From Lama glama (Eukaryota): a DNA stretch of 64,000 bases. Each line of letters opens with the position of its first letter. The stretch's first letter is position 1. Position numbers and translations under genes: made by a program. The stretch spans positions 62,746,001-62,810,000 of the forward strand of contig CM052817.1 in assembly GCA_028534125.1 (NCBI GenBank), given 5' to 3'. This document shows positions 23,660 to 37,480 of this stretch, piece by piece. The notes under the pieces are model-generated. The model was not told where the DNA came from. It saw only the letters and a program-made list of their open reading frames with translations, and made no database searches.

Positions 23660-26600
23660 AAGTCTTTGCTGTTCAATCTATATTTGTGCAAAAGTCACAT
23701 TTTTAACTTTTTAAAAATTATACTTTGACAATTATCATGTCTCCTTGAGTGTCCATGCCTATTCTGAAACTGGCTTAAGTGAGGCTCTGAATTATGGACT
23801 GAGAAATACAATTTGTCTCCTCCTTTTACCTGCCTTAGAAGTGAATGATCTTCTCCAAAAAGATCCTTCTGTTTAAGATAGAGATCCTCTGTTTTGAGGG
23901 TCTTCCAAAGGGATATTTATTCCTAAGAACTGACTGGTCAGTAAGTGTGGAGCATCTCTTAGAACTTGTAAAATATTTCTTGTTAAGCATCACCATTTTA
24001 TATGCACTAAGAAAAAGAAAGAAAATCCCTTTGTTAGAGCCACTAGTCTGATAAAACTGTATGTCCATTAAAATTAAAACAACAGCAACAACAACAAAAA
24101 ACAGTTTCTAAGCTGAGAGAAATTTGAGAAATTGCCAAAGATCCATTTACAAAATAAATCAAGGAATGCCATTTCTGAGACAGAAGGATAGCGTCAACTT
24201 TGGGAGATGCTAGAAGTGCTGATAAGATTCTAAAAGGCAGTCAGTGGGAATGATCTTATCTGACTTCCTCCTCCACTCTATGGGGAAGCATTTTACTGTC
24301 TTACATAAGTAACAGGATACAAGTCATGGAGGATAAGAATTCTGTGTGTCTTATTTTAACTGGCCGAAAAAAGAGTCATGCATATTAGTCAATGTTTATC
24401 AAAACTGTTAACTGATTAAAAGCATGTAATTTCAACCAGCTTTGAACCCTTAAGATGGAAAAATTCCCTTAGAATAATTAGAAAATTCATGAAAAGTAGG
24501 CAGCTATTTACACGGCACTGTTCACTCTCCTCAGAATATATGAGCTAAATCTTTAATGAAGAATTCATTTCTAGAAAAATTATAAGTGTTACTCTTTTTT
24601 CTTGTATATCCTTGGGGAAAATGCCTTTTATCCAAAATGCCGTTTTCCAAAAATTCCTTTTGTCAAGTGTTTCCATTTTCCTATGGACAGAATGCAAACA
24701 CACACACACAAACACACACATGTTAATCTATACTGCCTTGTGCCAGAAACAATGCAGTCTATAGTAGTAAAGAAAATAGATCACTCACACATTTGAACAA
24801 ATATATAAGATGGTTCTTAATGAAGAAATGTATAAAAGTATGATTATACTAATGTGGTCTATTCTATCTAATGTCATATCATAGTTTGGCAATTAATGAA
24901 ATTTATGATTTGAGCATTACTTCATACGCTGCCTAAAGAAATTCCTTTAATCTAAGCCATTGGGAAAAAGGAATTCATTGTTGCTGAAAAGAAAAAAGGA
25001 AAAGAGAACGGGAAAAATAATTTTATTTTAACTAACACAGTATGAAAAATTTTATAAAGATACCTTAACTGTAAGATTTGCAGTTTAAAAAAAAATGCCA
25101 TGATTTATTCCAGTGAGTTTGGAATTAAAACGTAAGTTATTGTTCTTGAGCAAATACTGACAATGAGGCAGATTTGAGTTCCATTTTCCATTACTCTGAC
25201 AATATTCACATGGAATACTGATCTTTGCGTTTATTTTGTCAAAGTAAAATATGATTATATTCTAAAGGGAACAATTACATAGTATCAATTTTCTGAGATT
25301 TATACATTACAAACAATTGAAGTTTCTCTTTGGACAATAATTTAAAAAAAGACATCAAAACTTTGGCTCTGATTAATGGTAGTTTCTTTAAAATACTGTC
25401 TTATCTGTGACGTGGTTTCATTTCTGTAACTTGGACGTAATAAAGTTTCTTAGATTAGTCAATAAGGGGAAAATGCCAATTTAATCTGATTATAAATTCA
25501 GACAATTATATCCTCTCTTCTTCATATTCCTGCCAATCCTTTTATCCTTAACATAGAATAGAATCACTCTTTTCTTTGTCTCAGAGTATATTGATGGTTT
25601 AGAGGCATTAATAAGAGATAGAGGGAATAAGAACTGGAGTGAGAACCAAAGAGTAAGAAAGAGAGTGTGTACATGCCTGAGACAGCAGGAGTAGCTTTGA
25701 CCTTCAGAATTTCCTTTCTGGGTTCAAAGGCAACAGAAATAACTTTTACTGACTAGCTCTAAAGTCACAATTGAGGATCTAAAAATCACAAATGTGATAG
25801 AAAAATTAGCACTAGAAGAAAATTGATATACTCTGTAAGGACATGAGACAAAAGAATGACATTTTTAAAATTAGTAAGAAAACTTAAATAATAAAATACT
25901 CCTGGGAAACATTTTTTTCTGTATAGAAAAGCCTTTAAATTATATACCCTGGGCAGAAAGACAACATTATACGAAATTCAATTGATGCTAGCAAATGATT
26001 AGATACTTAATTTTTTATATCACAGTCCTAAGAAGGGACAGATTCATGTTTTCTTCTGTTTAATAACTGCTTTGGTCTGAGTTCATTTACAGCATTATTT
26101 ACATATACACATTAGAAAATAATTATTAGTTCTCAAGAAAGCTTCAATAGATTGTGTATTGTGCCATTAACTGAAGACATACGAAGATAACCTCCATGCA
26201 ATTCAGTCAAACACAAATCTATCTAGCAAAATGTATGAGGTACCAGAATTGGTATGTCAGCATTTTGGATATAATTGAAAAGCTTCAGATTGTCATTACC
26301 TCTATGCTAAACAACATACTTACATTATTCCTTAGATTACAAACAAGCATACGTCTAATTATTTATTCCTGGGCATGCATTGTAGAAGAACTCTTACTCG
26401 AATAGTAGAATTAGAGAAGGTATTTCTCTGTGTTTTGTCACCCTTTCCTGACCTTTTGAAAATCACTGACTTCCTAGAAAGTGAAACAAAGAATCAATGG
26501 ATGTGGTCATTAGATATACCTTAAGCACTGTTACTGAAGTGTTCCATTCTGTTTCCCAAAAGAAAACTTTCTGATTAAGTAAGTGCATTTTCCATTGAAG

Positions 26601-26769
26601 AAAATGTTGTAAGCTAACAAGATGCTCATCTGCCTGAAACATGACCAGGCCAAAAGATTTCCAGTCGGTAAAGAAAGTCAGAATTTAACTCTGCCAATGT
26701 CTGTCTCTTAGGAGAGAGATCAAAGCCTAAGAGCCAAGAATAAGTAATAGAAATAGATCACATCCACTG

Positions 26770-26930
26770 AACACTAACATTAGCTTTTCATTCCCATCAA
26801 ACATCAATGGGGTGGAGTCCTTCCCCTTATTTTATTGATGAGGAAACTGAAGATGAGCCAAGGTGAGTAACTTGCCCAGGATTATAGAATAAATGGATGG
26901 AGGGGACAGTGCCAGACCTGTCCTGCTCCA
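26770..26930 (-). mobile_element. MIR core
   Basis: 'ttttattgatgaggaaactgaag...gtgagtaacttgcccagg'. Confidence 0.75.
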
Positions 26931-27369
26931 TCTTCTACATCAAGTATCATCTAAATGACTAGCACCCAATTTAAATTTATTGGCTCTGAAATTGCCACTC
27001 TCATGGAAACGATTCTGCTTATTCAGATTTTTTTTTAATTAGATTTGACTGGAAAAGATAAAGTGGAATAAATACAAATTCACGGCAGCTCTAGAAGATA
27101 AGATTAAAATGAGATTTGGGGTTTTATTTGTGATATTCTAATTATCCACAGAAAAATACCATTGCTTCTAATAAATCAATAGAATGGTTAGTAAGGTTTT
27201 ATAAGGTTCCATGTCTCTTAAATAAAATTCCTGCCAAAATAAAAGTAGTAAAGCTAGTCTCATGTTTTGAGTATAATCATTCAATGTATCACTTGTATTT
27301 CATTTAAAATTCCATATCCATAGTGCTCACTCAACTTTCTCTGCCACCTATGATTAAGGACATTCTAGT

Positions 27370-27830
27370 GAATCAATAATGAGCAGCATTACAGGTAGGT
27401 GGGAACGTTTAAGTTGTGAGAGGCATGATATATGCCATCAAGATACTCATAATCAAGTGAAGGAAATGAAGCAAGTCTTAGTATCTATTACTGTAGAAGG
27501 GAGGATATGGGGAATTCTGAGTCAGGCATGTGAAGTGCAGGGATGGCTCAGAAGAGGTCAGTGGAAGCTACAGAGAAGGGACAACTTCTGCACTAGTCCT
27601 TGCAGGCAGGCAGACAATATTTGGACAGAAAACAGAGTAGGTAGGAAAGAGAAACAGGGTATTCCAGAAAGAAAGCAGTCCTGAGAGAAAGCACAGCAGC
27701 ACTGAAAAGCGGAGACTATTTTATGTAATGTAATGTGTCATTCATTCATTTGAAGAAGTTGAATGGGAGAGACAGTGGAACCGTCGGTTGGAGATCTTTG
27801 AATGTTCTATCAAGAAATTTGAATTTAATC
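27370..27830 (-). mobile_element. L2 fragment
   Basis: 'ggtattccagaaagaaagcagtcctgagagaaagcacag', 'ctttgaatgttctatcaagaaatttgaatttaatc'. Confidence 0.6.
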
Positions 27831-28299
27831 ACCACCTTTGAAAGAGATTCATAAATTCTCTCATGTTCCCAGCTGGAATCAGTCTGTGATGTAACCTAAA
27901 ATGATAGGTAAATTTCTTCCATTTCTATATTAGAATTGAAGTGTTAAAAATCACAAGAGACCTATAACATTAGGTGAGACTATTTCCTTGTCAGAGATCC
28001 ATGGACGTTTAGACTGCAGGTAGGCAGTGGCCCCTGGTCTCAAGAGACAGACTCCAGCCATTAAAAAGTAATATTTCCCTTTGCTGGAAAGTTAAATTAA
28101 TCTGCTTTTCTATGTAAATACCCATTACACAGATTTCCCCCCAAATATGGCTCGTCTAAATAAACAATATAGATAGTAAAAGACAAATGCATTTTTTTGC
28201 CATTCTGTAGTTTAAAATGTTAATAAACATTGCTGACTGTGCTAGACTGTACTAAAATGGCTGAGAAACAAACTGTCCCTATGTTAAGTACTCTTTATG

Positions 28300-28525
28300 T
28301 GATGAAACAATGCGTACTTTCTGAAGATGTTTATGAGAAAAGGATAAACACATTTATAATATATTTAGTGAAAAAAAAGTCACAAAAATGTGATGGCATG
28401 CTGTACTAAAATCTATACAAATGTAAAGAAAACCTAGAAGGACTTCTGTTAGTATTAACATTCTGTCTTGAATTGTTGGAGTTTAATATTGTTTAAAATT
28501 TTCAGTGCTACTTTTGTAACCTAAA
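28300..28525 (+). mobile_element. L1ME-like 3' terminal fragment
   Basis: 'ataatatatttagtgaaaaaaaag...ctagaagga...tacttttgtaac'; highly diverged. Confidence 0.45.
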
Positions 28526-30339
28526 GATATTGATCCAGTTGATGCCAAAGAACTTTTAGTATATTCTCAATAAAATGGCATTGCAGCATTTTGAAGAAAT
28601 TCATAAAGATGTCCTTTACTTCATCCTACAATCCCTCCCTATCCCAAACTTACCAGAAAACAAACTTACATGCACTTATTTTAAGATTTTGTCTCTTTTC
28701 CCTTTACTGTCTAAGTGATGAGAGGTGTTCTCCCCGACTAAACTTGCAGTAATAGGTCTCTACATTCTTTGTCATACATGCAAGGCACAGATGCACAAAC
28801 CACTAGCTACTACGATGATATGACATGTAAATAGGGTTTCTTGAGGTCAAACTTATGATCAGAGAAGTATAGGAGCACTTGAAATTCATAAGCCCTCAGC
28901 CCAGAGAAGACTTAGACCTGCTACGGCTGGGCTGGCTTATGCACTGCGTAAAGAGCTCCTGGGGAGGGCGGTTCCTAGTAAAGGAAATACCAGGCTGAGC
29001 CTGTCATGACAAAGGTGCGACAAGACCTTTCTTGTCAAGACAAAGTAACAAGGCTGTGTCCCCAGGGCTCAGAGTCTGTCACCAGCCAGTTCTTCAGTGA
29101 GCTGCCCTAGAACTACCGAAGGGTTTCTTGGCTTCTTGCTCATCATCCAAAGTGGAGGAATGGGCCTCCGAAGTTACTGAATTAGTCTCTTGTCAGCTGT
29201 GTAATATAGTTTGGGCAAATCCCATGTCAATGTAGCTGAGCAGCCAAGTAATTAGAACAGTTAATTGATATAATATCTGAAAGTTTAAATAGGAAAGACA
29301 TAGCTCAGCAGTGATTTAGTAGAAAGCCGAAACTGTGAAGTGATTGAAAGTACGTGGTGTGTAAACAGTATTAACTATTACTTCTGGCGTGAACAAGCTT
29401 GTAGTTTCATTATAGCTTGAGAGATGAAATACACACATGTGAAAATATTTCAATAATCATGATGCTTCAACAACCCAAAATGAGTTGAAATAATCATTGC
29501 TATGCATTTATTACTTGAGCAAGTTTATGAATACGATGATAGAAAGTAACTTTATGATTTTAGAAAGGTTAATATGAAATCTGTTAAACATTATTTGCAA
29601 CTTGTCTTTTTTAAGTTTTTCACTCTTTTGCTGTGTTCAACATTAAATTTAAAACAAAGAAAATAAGTTAACATCTAAGAGTATGAGACATGCTTTCTTT
29701 TTCAACACATAATCAGAATTTTAACAGTTTTACTTGGTAATTAGCTTTCCAATTACTATTTCTATTTTTATTTTTCAGAATGCAACATATACCCACCTTG
29801 TAAGCAACTGCTAATATTTTAAAATTTTTAAAAGTTGGTACATTATTAATAATTAGTCACTCTTGTAGACATTGCCCTTCTACTTTTAGGTTCCAATCAT
29901 TGACGTGACATTATAAACATAGAATTCAGAAGGCTATTTGGAATAACCCCAAAATGAAACATAATAATTCATTCAATAAGTTAAATTTTGATGCATTTTA
30001 GAATTGTCTTAGATGTACAGAATAGTGAACATCTCAATCCCATGCTCAAGAGTGCAGTGCTTTTCTTGGGATCTCACCATGTAAATTTTTGTCATTCTCC
30101 ATGGGAAATCAAGCAATATTATATATACATCAAACACAGACTATATTCAATCAAAACTGCTTCTTGAAATTTCTAGTTATTCATTCAACTCTTAAAAAAC
30201 AAAAACAAAAAATACAGACAAATGGAAATTTTGGCAGGCCATTTCCTGAAGCACTTTTTAGTGTCAGAATAATCATGTATCTACATTATTTTTATTCATG
30301 ATACTAGATTATTTAAAAATTTTTCCCTTTACTGACATT

Positions 30340-30510
30340 TAACATTTATTGTATACTTTTAATCTTCCAATTACTTGAACACTATTTTATTTAATAATCA
30401 TAAAACCAAGTATGATATGCTATTCTTACCCCAACTACAAAAATCAGAAACAGAAATCAATGAGTTTCAGTAAATTCTCCAGAGTCACACACCTAATAAT
30501 TATGAGCCTA
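30340..30510 (-). mobile_element. MIR fragment
   Basis: 'taacatttattg...ttatttaataatcata...gaaacaga...ccagagtcacacacctaat'. Confidence 0.6.
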
Positions 30511-31179
30511 CTCTTATGCCCCCATTCCAATTATGTTAAAATAGGACATTGAGAGAGGGTTGAAATTATATATTTTTTTATCTTAACTATCTGACATAAC
30601 CTTATTTAGATCTTGATTATTGTTCAAGGAAAGAATATGTAGTCATGATCCTAGTCTTTGAAATATGGTTTGTCTTTTATAGTTGCACAATAGTTTAATT
30701 TAGATGGTTTGATTTCCCTGAGACACCTTTAACATAACCTAGAAAAATAATAAAAACTTTATCTATTATATTTTCAATGTGTAATTCACCACAGGTGCTC
30801 AGGACTTTTAAGCCATGGTGAGAGAAGCAGCTAAAGTTTATAGTCAAAGTCTGGTTGGTGGCAGTTAGTCACAAGTTAAGCGGGACACCAAGAAAAACCA
30901 ACTAAACACTACCCCAGAACATTGAATTACATATATCAGAATAACTTTGAATTACATCAGTTAACAAACACAGGTATATTAAAATAAGATGTCCTTATTA
31001 AGTATGGCTATATATTAATCAGTAGCCCCATTAACTAAAAATCAGAAAAATAATCCTGCAGAAGAGTAAAGAAATCCAGATTTTAAAAAACATACATTTT
31101 TAACATTGTATCTAGAGATGTACGTTTCATGCAGTGGGAGATAAGGGTTTACATGAAGAAGAGGAGAAATAAAGGATGC

Positions 31180-31345
31180 TGACCACCATTTTATTAAAGT
31201 CTACAATATGCTTGCTACTTCACATATCCTATCTAATTTAGTCTTTCAACAACTCTATTATATAATTCACTTGGATGAACAATTTGAAGCTAGTAGAAGT
31301 TAAGTAAATACTTCAAGGTCAGCTACATGAATATGAGCAGTAAAA
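31180..31345 (-). mobile_element. MIR fragment
   Basis: 'atctaatttagtctttcaacaactctat...gaagttaagtaaatacttcaaggtca'. Confidence 0.6.
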
Positions 31346-33599
31346 TTTAAATGGTTAGAGAGAAAAAAGAGCAGTAGTAATGAGGTGAAAGAGAGCTAAG
31401 CTCTGATTGACTGGTTGATAGGTTTTACTTTGATTTGCTCTACTTTCACTGATACTTTTAAGCTTAGCAATTCTCTATGAGATTTCCTGGTACTCAAGTG
31501 AAATGAGTAAACTTCTCTCGTAAATGTTTCAGAAGAAATCAACTAGTTTATTTCCATTTCAACCACCTTGATTTCAGACTCTGCAAATTAAAACAGAAAA
31601 TCTAGTTAAGTGAGAATTTACAAATATGCTGATAACTGAGAGGTTTAACTGTTAGAAATGTAAATCCGCAAAGTGAAATCCATTATATTCACATAATTTG
31701 CAAATTTAGCACAACATAAAAAAAGAGTTTTGAAAACTGGAGTAGGTGATGATAGGAAAACATTCATAATATTATCCATTTTTTCCAAACTTTCATGAAG
31801 ATGGTAGTAATTCATAAATTATTTATTCATTAAAAGAAGTACTTAATCCAGAGGAAGGTTTTCCAGATTTTACTACTTGTGTGAAAAAGGTTTATGTCTG
31901 AGGAGGATGGCAGTGAGTAGGCAATTGAGTATTAGATGATAATTGCTAAAAGATGGATAGGGACGTTCCTGATCTACTTTTTAATAAGCAAATGAATGAC
32001 AAGCTGATATTTCGCCCATTTGACTATCAGAAAATTGTAGTTTTGGAACAGTTTTTCAGTTTCAGTATATAATTTCTGGGAATAATTCCCAGAATGATAT
32101 ATGATCAGACCCAGCCTCTTTATCTTTTTTATTTCCCCTTTAGGTAGATGTAAGCCTATTTCTGAAATGCAGAGTATATAAACAAAAACAAAGCCATGTT
32201 CTGAAATACATGATCAGATTGAGAAGAGCTCTGCTTCTATTTGCGTGCTACACACGGTTTGTTGGCACTGCGGACTAACAACCTGTACATACTCCCAGAG
32301 CCCCTGTGGCATAAATTGGCACGTAGCATAGGCTGTTGATAATCATGCCTGACATGTGCTTCCAGGTATTTGGCATCTAGAAGTACAGTGTGCACTTGTC
32401 AGCTGGCCAGCCGTATTCAGGGTTGGGGTGGGGGGTGGGGAGAAATGAAGAGTAGGAAAAGTTTTAAACTTCAAGAAGTTACCTGATACTTGCATCTTCA
32501 GCAGAATCAAATTTTCTTTCAAATCATTTATTCGGCATTGGCTTTTTGGTTTCACCACTCCCTCCTCTAATTGGTTTTAACGAATTTCATTTCTAAGGAA
32601 ACTAAAGCATAGGTACTCTTTATCTGCTGCCAAGATCTATGCTCTGAAGATTTAGTAGCCATTGCTGGTGACATGTTGTAAGTTTTTTGATTCTAGCTAT
32701 AATTGAGCTGTTATTTTTGTTTTTCTTCTTTATCTGGCAATCGTCTGCTATAATAAAGTAAATGAATCAATGAATGAATGAGTGAATGATCAAATGAAAT
32801 AATAATGAAGCTGAGATTATAATAACTGTTGCTTAGATAGGGATTAGTTATGTCAACTAGTGCTCTTTCCATGTAGCACACCGGGAAATATTATTACATT
32901 TTTCATAGATGGATTTCTTCTCCTTTTCAAGGTGTTTCAGAGTGAAATCATCTCATTAATAACATGCCCTGTCTTTGACTTTTAAGCATGCCACAAGTTT
33001 TCTTCTCAAGAAACAACTAATGCCAATTGCACTTTTGACTGCATGGAGTATTAATTATCTTTTCAGTGTATTCTAGTAATGTTACATAAGTGTGCTTAAA
33101 TTCTCACTAGTAGACACGTTACAAAATTTTTCCATGGGCAATAAAACTGGTTTTTTTTGTAAAACAATATTCTTATAGTATTAAAGAGTGTGTCAGAAAT
33201 CAGGAGTTAGTCATCAAAGATGTGTATCTATTAAGTTAAAAAAAAAAGTAATTCAAGTATTCTTAAAGATCATTGCTCATTCTGCCAAGAAAAGGCCATC
33301 TTACTGAGCACTGCAGGCTACATAATAGGGGCTGTTTTTATTAGACTCAGCTAAGGGCTTTATCAGGTTTCTGGTTTTTTTAGATTGCTAAATATAATGT
33401 GAGAGGGGCATTTTTATTGCTTCAAGACTTAAGTGTAGCCAATCAATGATTTCTCATTATTATGTTCGGCTAATAATGCAGAAGATACCTCCTTTATTAC
33501 ATTTAAAAACAGGGGACTTTCTGTGGAAAGCATTTATCTCATAGAAATAGCCCAGATTTGTTGGGTATACATAAACATACATAATTTACATAAAAAGTC

Positions 33600-34210
33600 C
33601 TACTAGAGGTACAATTGTAAAGATTACTCAGAAAATTATAAATTATGTCTTATACAATTTATGGGAGATTTTAAACCTTTCAATTAATTTACTTTTTTCC
33701 AAAAAGAAATTCTTATTTTTTAAAAAACACCCAGAGATTGTCATATGATAAAATTGAAGAGAGAAAATTAACCATACATTTCATTCTGAAATAGTTAATC
33801 TTAACATGTTTCCACTATTAATATTAGTGTGTCTGTATGCATTTACTTTAAATTTTAATAAAATTAAAGTCATGCTGCATATGATATTTTTTACCTAATT
33901 TACCTTGGTGATATAATATTGTTTTATATAACAAATGCATTTCTATGATGCCATTTTATATGGCTGTGTAGCATTCCAAATTAGGGATCTAGTGCATTCA
34001 AATACCAATATTATGACCTGAAGGTTATTTATATTTTTTCCTCTATATGAAATAATGTTAAACCAAACATTTTTTGTAGCAAAATAATCCTTAATAATCC
34101 TTAAGTAATGACCAAGTTTGCAAGTGGTCCCAGTCTGTGTTCTATAGCATACCAAAGAAAATGTATATTGCTTTTTCAATTGGCTAATATTACTAAATTG
34201 TTCTCAAGTT
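33600..34210 (-). mobile_element. L1ME-like 3' UTR fragment
   Basis: 'atggctgtgtagcattcca', 'aatgttaaaccaaacattttttgta', 'tattactaaattgttctc'. Very diverged. Confidence 0.5.
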
Positions 34211-35527
34211 ACAACAAGACAGTTGATCTTAATCAGCAATGGATGCATATTATCTTTCTATGAAGTTTACATTGATTCTTCAAGAATTCACAAAATGCAA
34301 TATGCTACTCCTATGCTAATATGGTTCTACTAACTGACAAAGGGTGAATCTGATTTGTTTATACCCTACCATGTTGTTAGACTCAGTGAATCAGCATGCC
34401 TTGTCATTTCTATTTCAACTAGGCACTGAAGTCAAAGTTTGGATGAACACTTTCTTAGTGTCACTGATAATCCATTACTGGTTTTAAAGACTACATTGTG
34501 GGCTCATATGATCTTACCAGAACTCTTCCTCCTAACTTGCTCTTGTAATTTCACATCGACTCATCCTGAGGATGTATATGCACGTTCACACTGCATACTT
34601 CCACCTGTCTAATTTCCTCAAATACTTAACTAAAGTGAAAGCAATGCCCAGAAGAGGTATATTATAATGAGCTCGCTCCATTAACCCTGAATTTCTGGCA
34701 TAATTTATTTTTGGAAGGAAGATGGAAGGAAGCATATCAGTCTAACTTCATATGACTTGTAATCAATATAGAAATTCCCATGTAGAATAAATACCTAGGT
34801 GCCGAGGCAACACTGGATTGATATTAATTTATACACTTGAGTCACTGCTTGGAGAAAGATCTGAAAGCACAAGCCCATCCACTAGCCTGTTGTGACTTGA
34901 AATCACTCCAGAATCTATCATTTGCAATAGACAGTAATTTCATACTCTGATGTCAGCAAGTCAGAGTATCTGATACCAATAAAAACTTTAAATATCATCT
35001 GCAAAAAACTTATTTTAGTAATTTGAGAATTTGAGCAAAGAACACACCAAATATTTTTATAGGTGAAAAGAAAATAAGAAAACTAAAACCTCAAGGTATT
35101 GGGGATAAAAAATAGTTAGGTTTTCAGTAAAAGCAACTCTTTGTGAAGTAAAGTAATGGTTCTAAATAAATATATATGCATTTGAAACAGCATACCTGGA
35201 TTGCTTTAAAAGAAGACTTTTACCTTTTCCTTAAAATACAATTCAGTTTTATTCTGAGGATAATTTCTTATACGGGAAAGCCCAGATTTATGTACCAGTT
35301 AAGGACTGTGATATGATAAAAGCTATGAAACTCATTGTTTCATAAATAATTTGGTAGTTTTTTTAAGCGTGACTAAATACCAGTTGTCATAATGACTATC
35401 GTTTTTTTAATCACTAAGCTATGTATTTAGTCTTTTTCATCTCCTAAATGAAATTAAGAAAAATAGAAGTGGATCATTTTGTATTCTCTTTTCCTGTATA
35501 CAACATTTAAACAGCACAGAATGAATT

Positions 35528-36173
35528 TTTTTAAGTTTTATTTTTTATTGAGTGCAGTTGATTTGCAATGTTAGTTCCAGGTGTACAGCGAAGTGATTTA
35601 GTTGTACATATACATCCACATTTTTTCCAGATTCTTTTCAAGTATATGATATTGCAAAAAGTTGAATACAGTTCCCTGTGCTATACAGAAGGTCCTTGTT
35701 TATCTATTTTATCTGTAATAATGTGTATCTCTCAATCCCAAATTCTAATTTATCCCTCCCCATGCTTTTTCCTTTGGTAACCATAGTTTGTTTTCTAAGT
35801 CCATGAGTCTGTTTTTGGTTTGTAAATAAAATTTGCATAATTTTCTTTTAGATTTTACATACAAGTGATGTTATATGATATGTGTCTTTCTCTGTCTGAC
35901 TTACTTCACTTAGTATGAAATCTCTAGGTCTATCCATGTTGCTACAAATGGCATTATTCCATTTTTTTATGGTTGATTAATATCCCATGTATGTATATAT
36001 CATGTTTTCTTTATCCAGTCATCTGTCGATGGACATTTAGGTTGTTTCCATGTCTTGGCTATTGCAAATAGTGCTGCTATGAACTCTGGGGTGCATTTGT
36101 CTTTTCGAATTATAGTTTTCTCCAGATATATGCCCAAGAGTGGGATTGCTAGCTTACCATATGATCCTGCATT
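35528..36173 (-). mobile_element. Cetartiodactyl-type L1 3' end, 5'-truncated with a short 5' inversion
   Basis: T-rich tail, 'acagttccctgtgctataca', 'ccatgttgctacaaatggcattatt', 'atatatgcccaagagtgggattgct'. Followed by the sense-orientation piece 'ttaccatatgatcc' at 36154-36167. Confidence 0.92.
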
Positions 36174-36549
36174 GTATGGGAGTTCTTTGGAAGAACAGAA
36201 ATTAATAACAGGAACATTGCAATCATATCATTTAAATTTATAGTTTACTGAATATTAAAATTATTAAATTATTGGAAACAGGGGTAAAATGTGGATTGAA
36301 TTAATGCAGAATACCCTATGATTTTCATCTATAAATTGCAAAACAAGTTTTTTTCTTTCTTTTTTTTTTTTTTTGTTGTTGTTGGCCAATTTATATGTTA
36401 AACTGTGATTTCAAATCAGTATTAACTTTGGTAAGCCAAATGTGCATCCACTTCACAGTTCCCATCTTAAAGGCAATGGGTACTATGTTCAATCCTGGTG
36501 TAGCTATGTGGGAACAAGTCAGACCAGAATAGTGAATCTGAATTTGACC

Positions 36550-37005
36550 TGTACAGCAGGCACTGCTGTTGCCCTGCTCAGGTCTACTTTGAGGGCTTTT
36601 TCACCCATCTCTCAGTTGCCAAGACTGCCAGCTGCTCACAGCTGCCTCTTCCTTTGAATACTGCCCTCTTCTGATGGAAACTGCTTGGCAAGGAAATATA
36701 TAGGAAATTATGCTCCCCTTCCATCTCCTAGGCAGCCTGTGAGCAATGACTTATTGACAAGCGTGAAAAGCAAGGGCCCTTGCTTCAGGTGGGACAATTC
36801 AGTGGTACCTTCCTCACTCCAGGATTCCCTGTGCAGTGAGACCGAGGCCAGACTTCACCTGCATTCACATCTGTGCCTAGCTTTTCCCTGACTTATTCCG
36901 CTGTCCTCACTTGCTACAGGTGTCAGCCAGACCACTTCTTCAATACATCACTTGCACAAGAATCTATTTCTCAGACTCTGCTTGTAGGGAACATGATCTA
37001 AGGCA
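36550..37005 (+). mobile_element. LTR16-like ERVL LTR
   Basis: 'ggcagcctgtgagcaatgact', 'cccttgcttcaggtgggacaa'; end 'tcacttgcacaagaatctatttctcagactctgcttgtagggaacatgatctaaggca'. Confidence 0.8.
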
Positions 37006-37124
37006 ATTTGGTATCCTTAGTGAAAAAAATTCAGAGTCAGATATTGAAATGAGCCTTTTTTTAGTGTAAAGTGCAGGCAGTTCCTGATGATTATGACTTG
37101 TACATTCATTTATAACAAGAATTT

Positions 37125-37403
37125 TCCTACTAGTTTTATTGAGATATAATGAACATACGGCAGTGTATAATTTGAAGATGTACAGCATAATGATTTGATT
37201 TACATACATCATGAAATGATTACCACAATAAGGTTAGTGAAGGTCCCTCATCTCATATAAATACAAAGTAAAAGAAAACAGAAATATTTTTCCTAGTGAT
37301 GAGAACTCTCAGGACTTACTCTTTAAACAACTTTCATATATAGCATACAACAGTGTTAATTAGATTAATCATGTTGTATGTTACATCTCTCGTACTTATT
37401 CTT
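37125..37403 (-). mobile_element. L1MA9-like (laurasiatherian) 3' terminus
   Basis: 'ttttattgagatataat...gtacagcataatgatttga...gaaatgattaccacaataag...gtgatgagaactctcagga'. Confidence 0.85.
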
Positions 37404-37480
37404 GCATTAAAAAAAAAGTGTTCAGAATATTGGTTTATGTCTTAGTCCTAGTCTGTTTGTATTTAAAATCAATGCAGTGG

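Noticed and set aside
28900..29150. GC-richer patch resembling a hAT-Tip100/MER91-like element
   Set aside because: No terminal inverted repeats or convincing consensus match could be established by eye.
32755..32800. (GAAT)n-like repeat
   Set aside because: Most likely a remnant L2 3' tail or a simple repeat.
36768..36785. 18-bp palindrome AAGCAAGGGCCCTTGCTT
   Set aside because: Inside an LTR16-like element, does not fit the p53 consensus and is near chance expectation.
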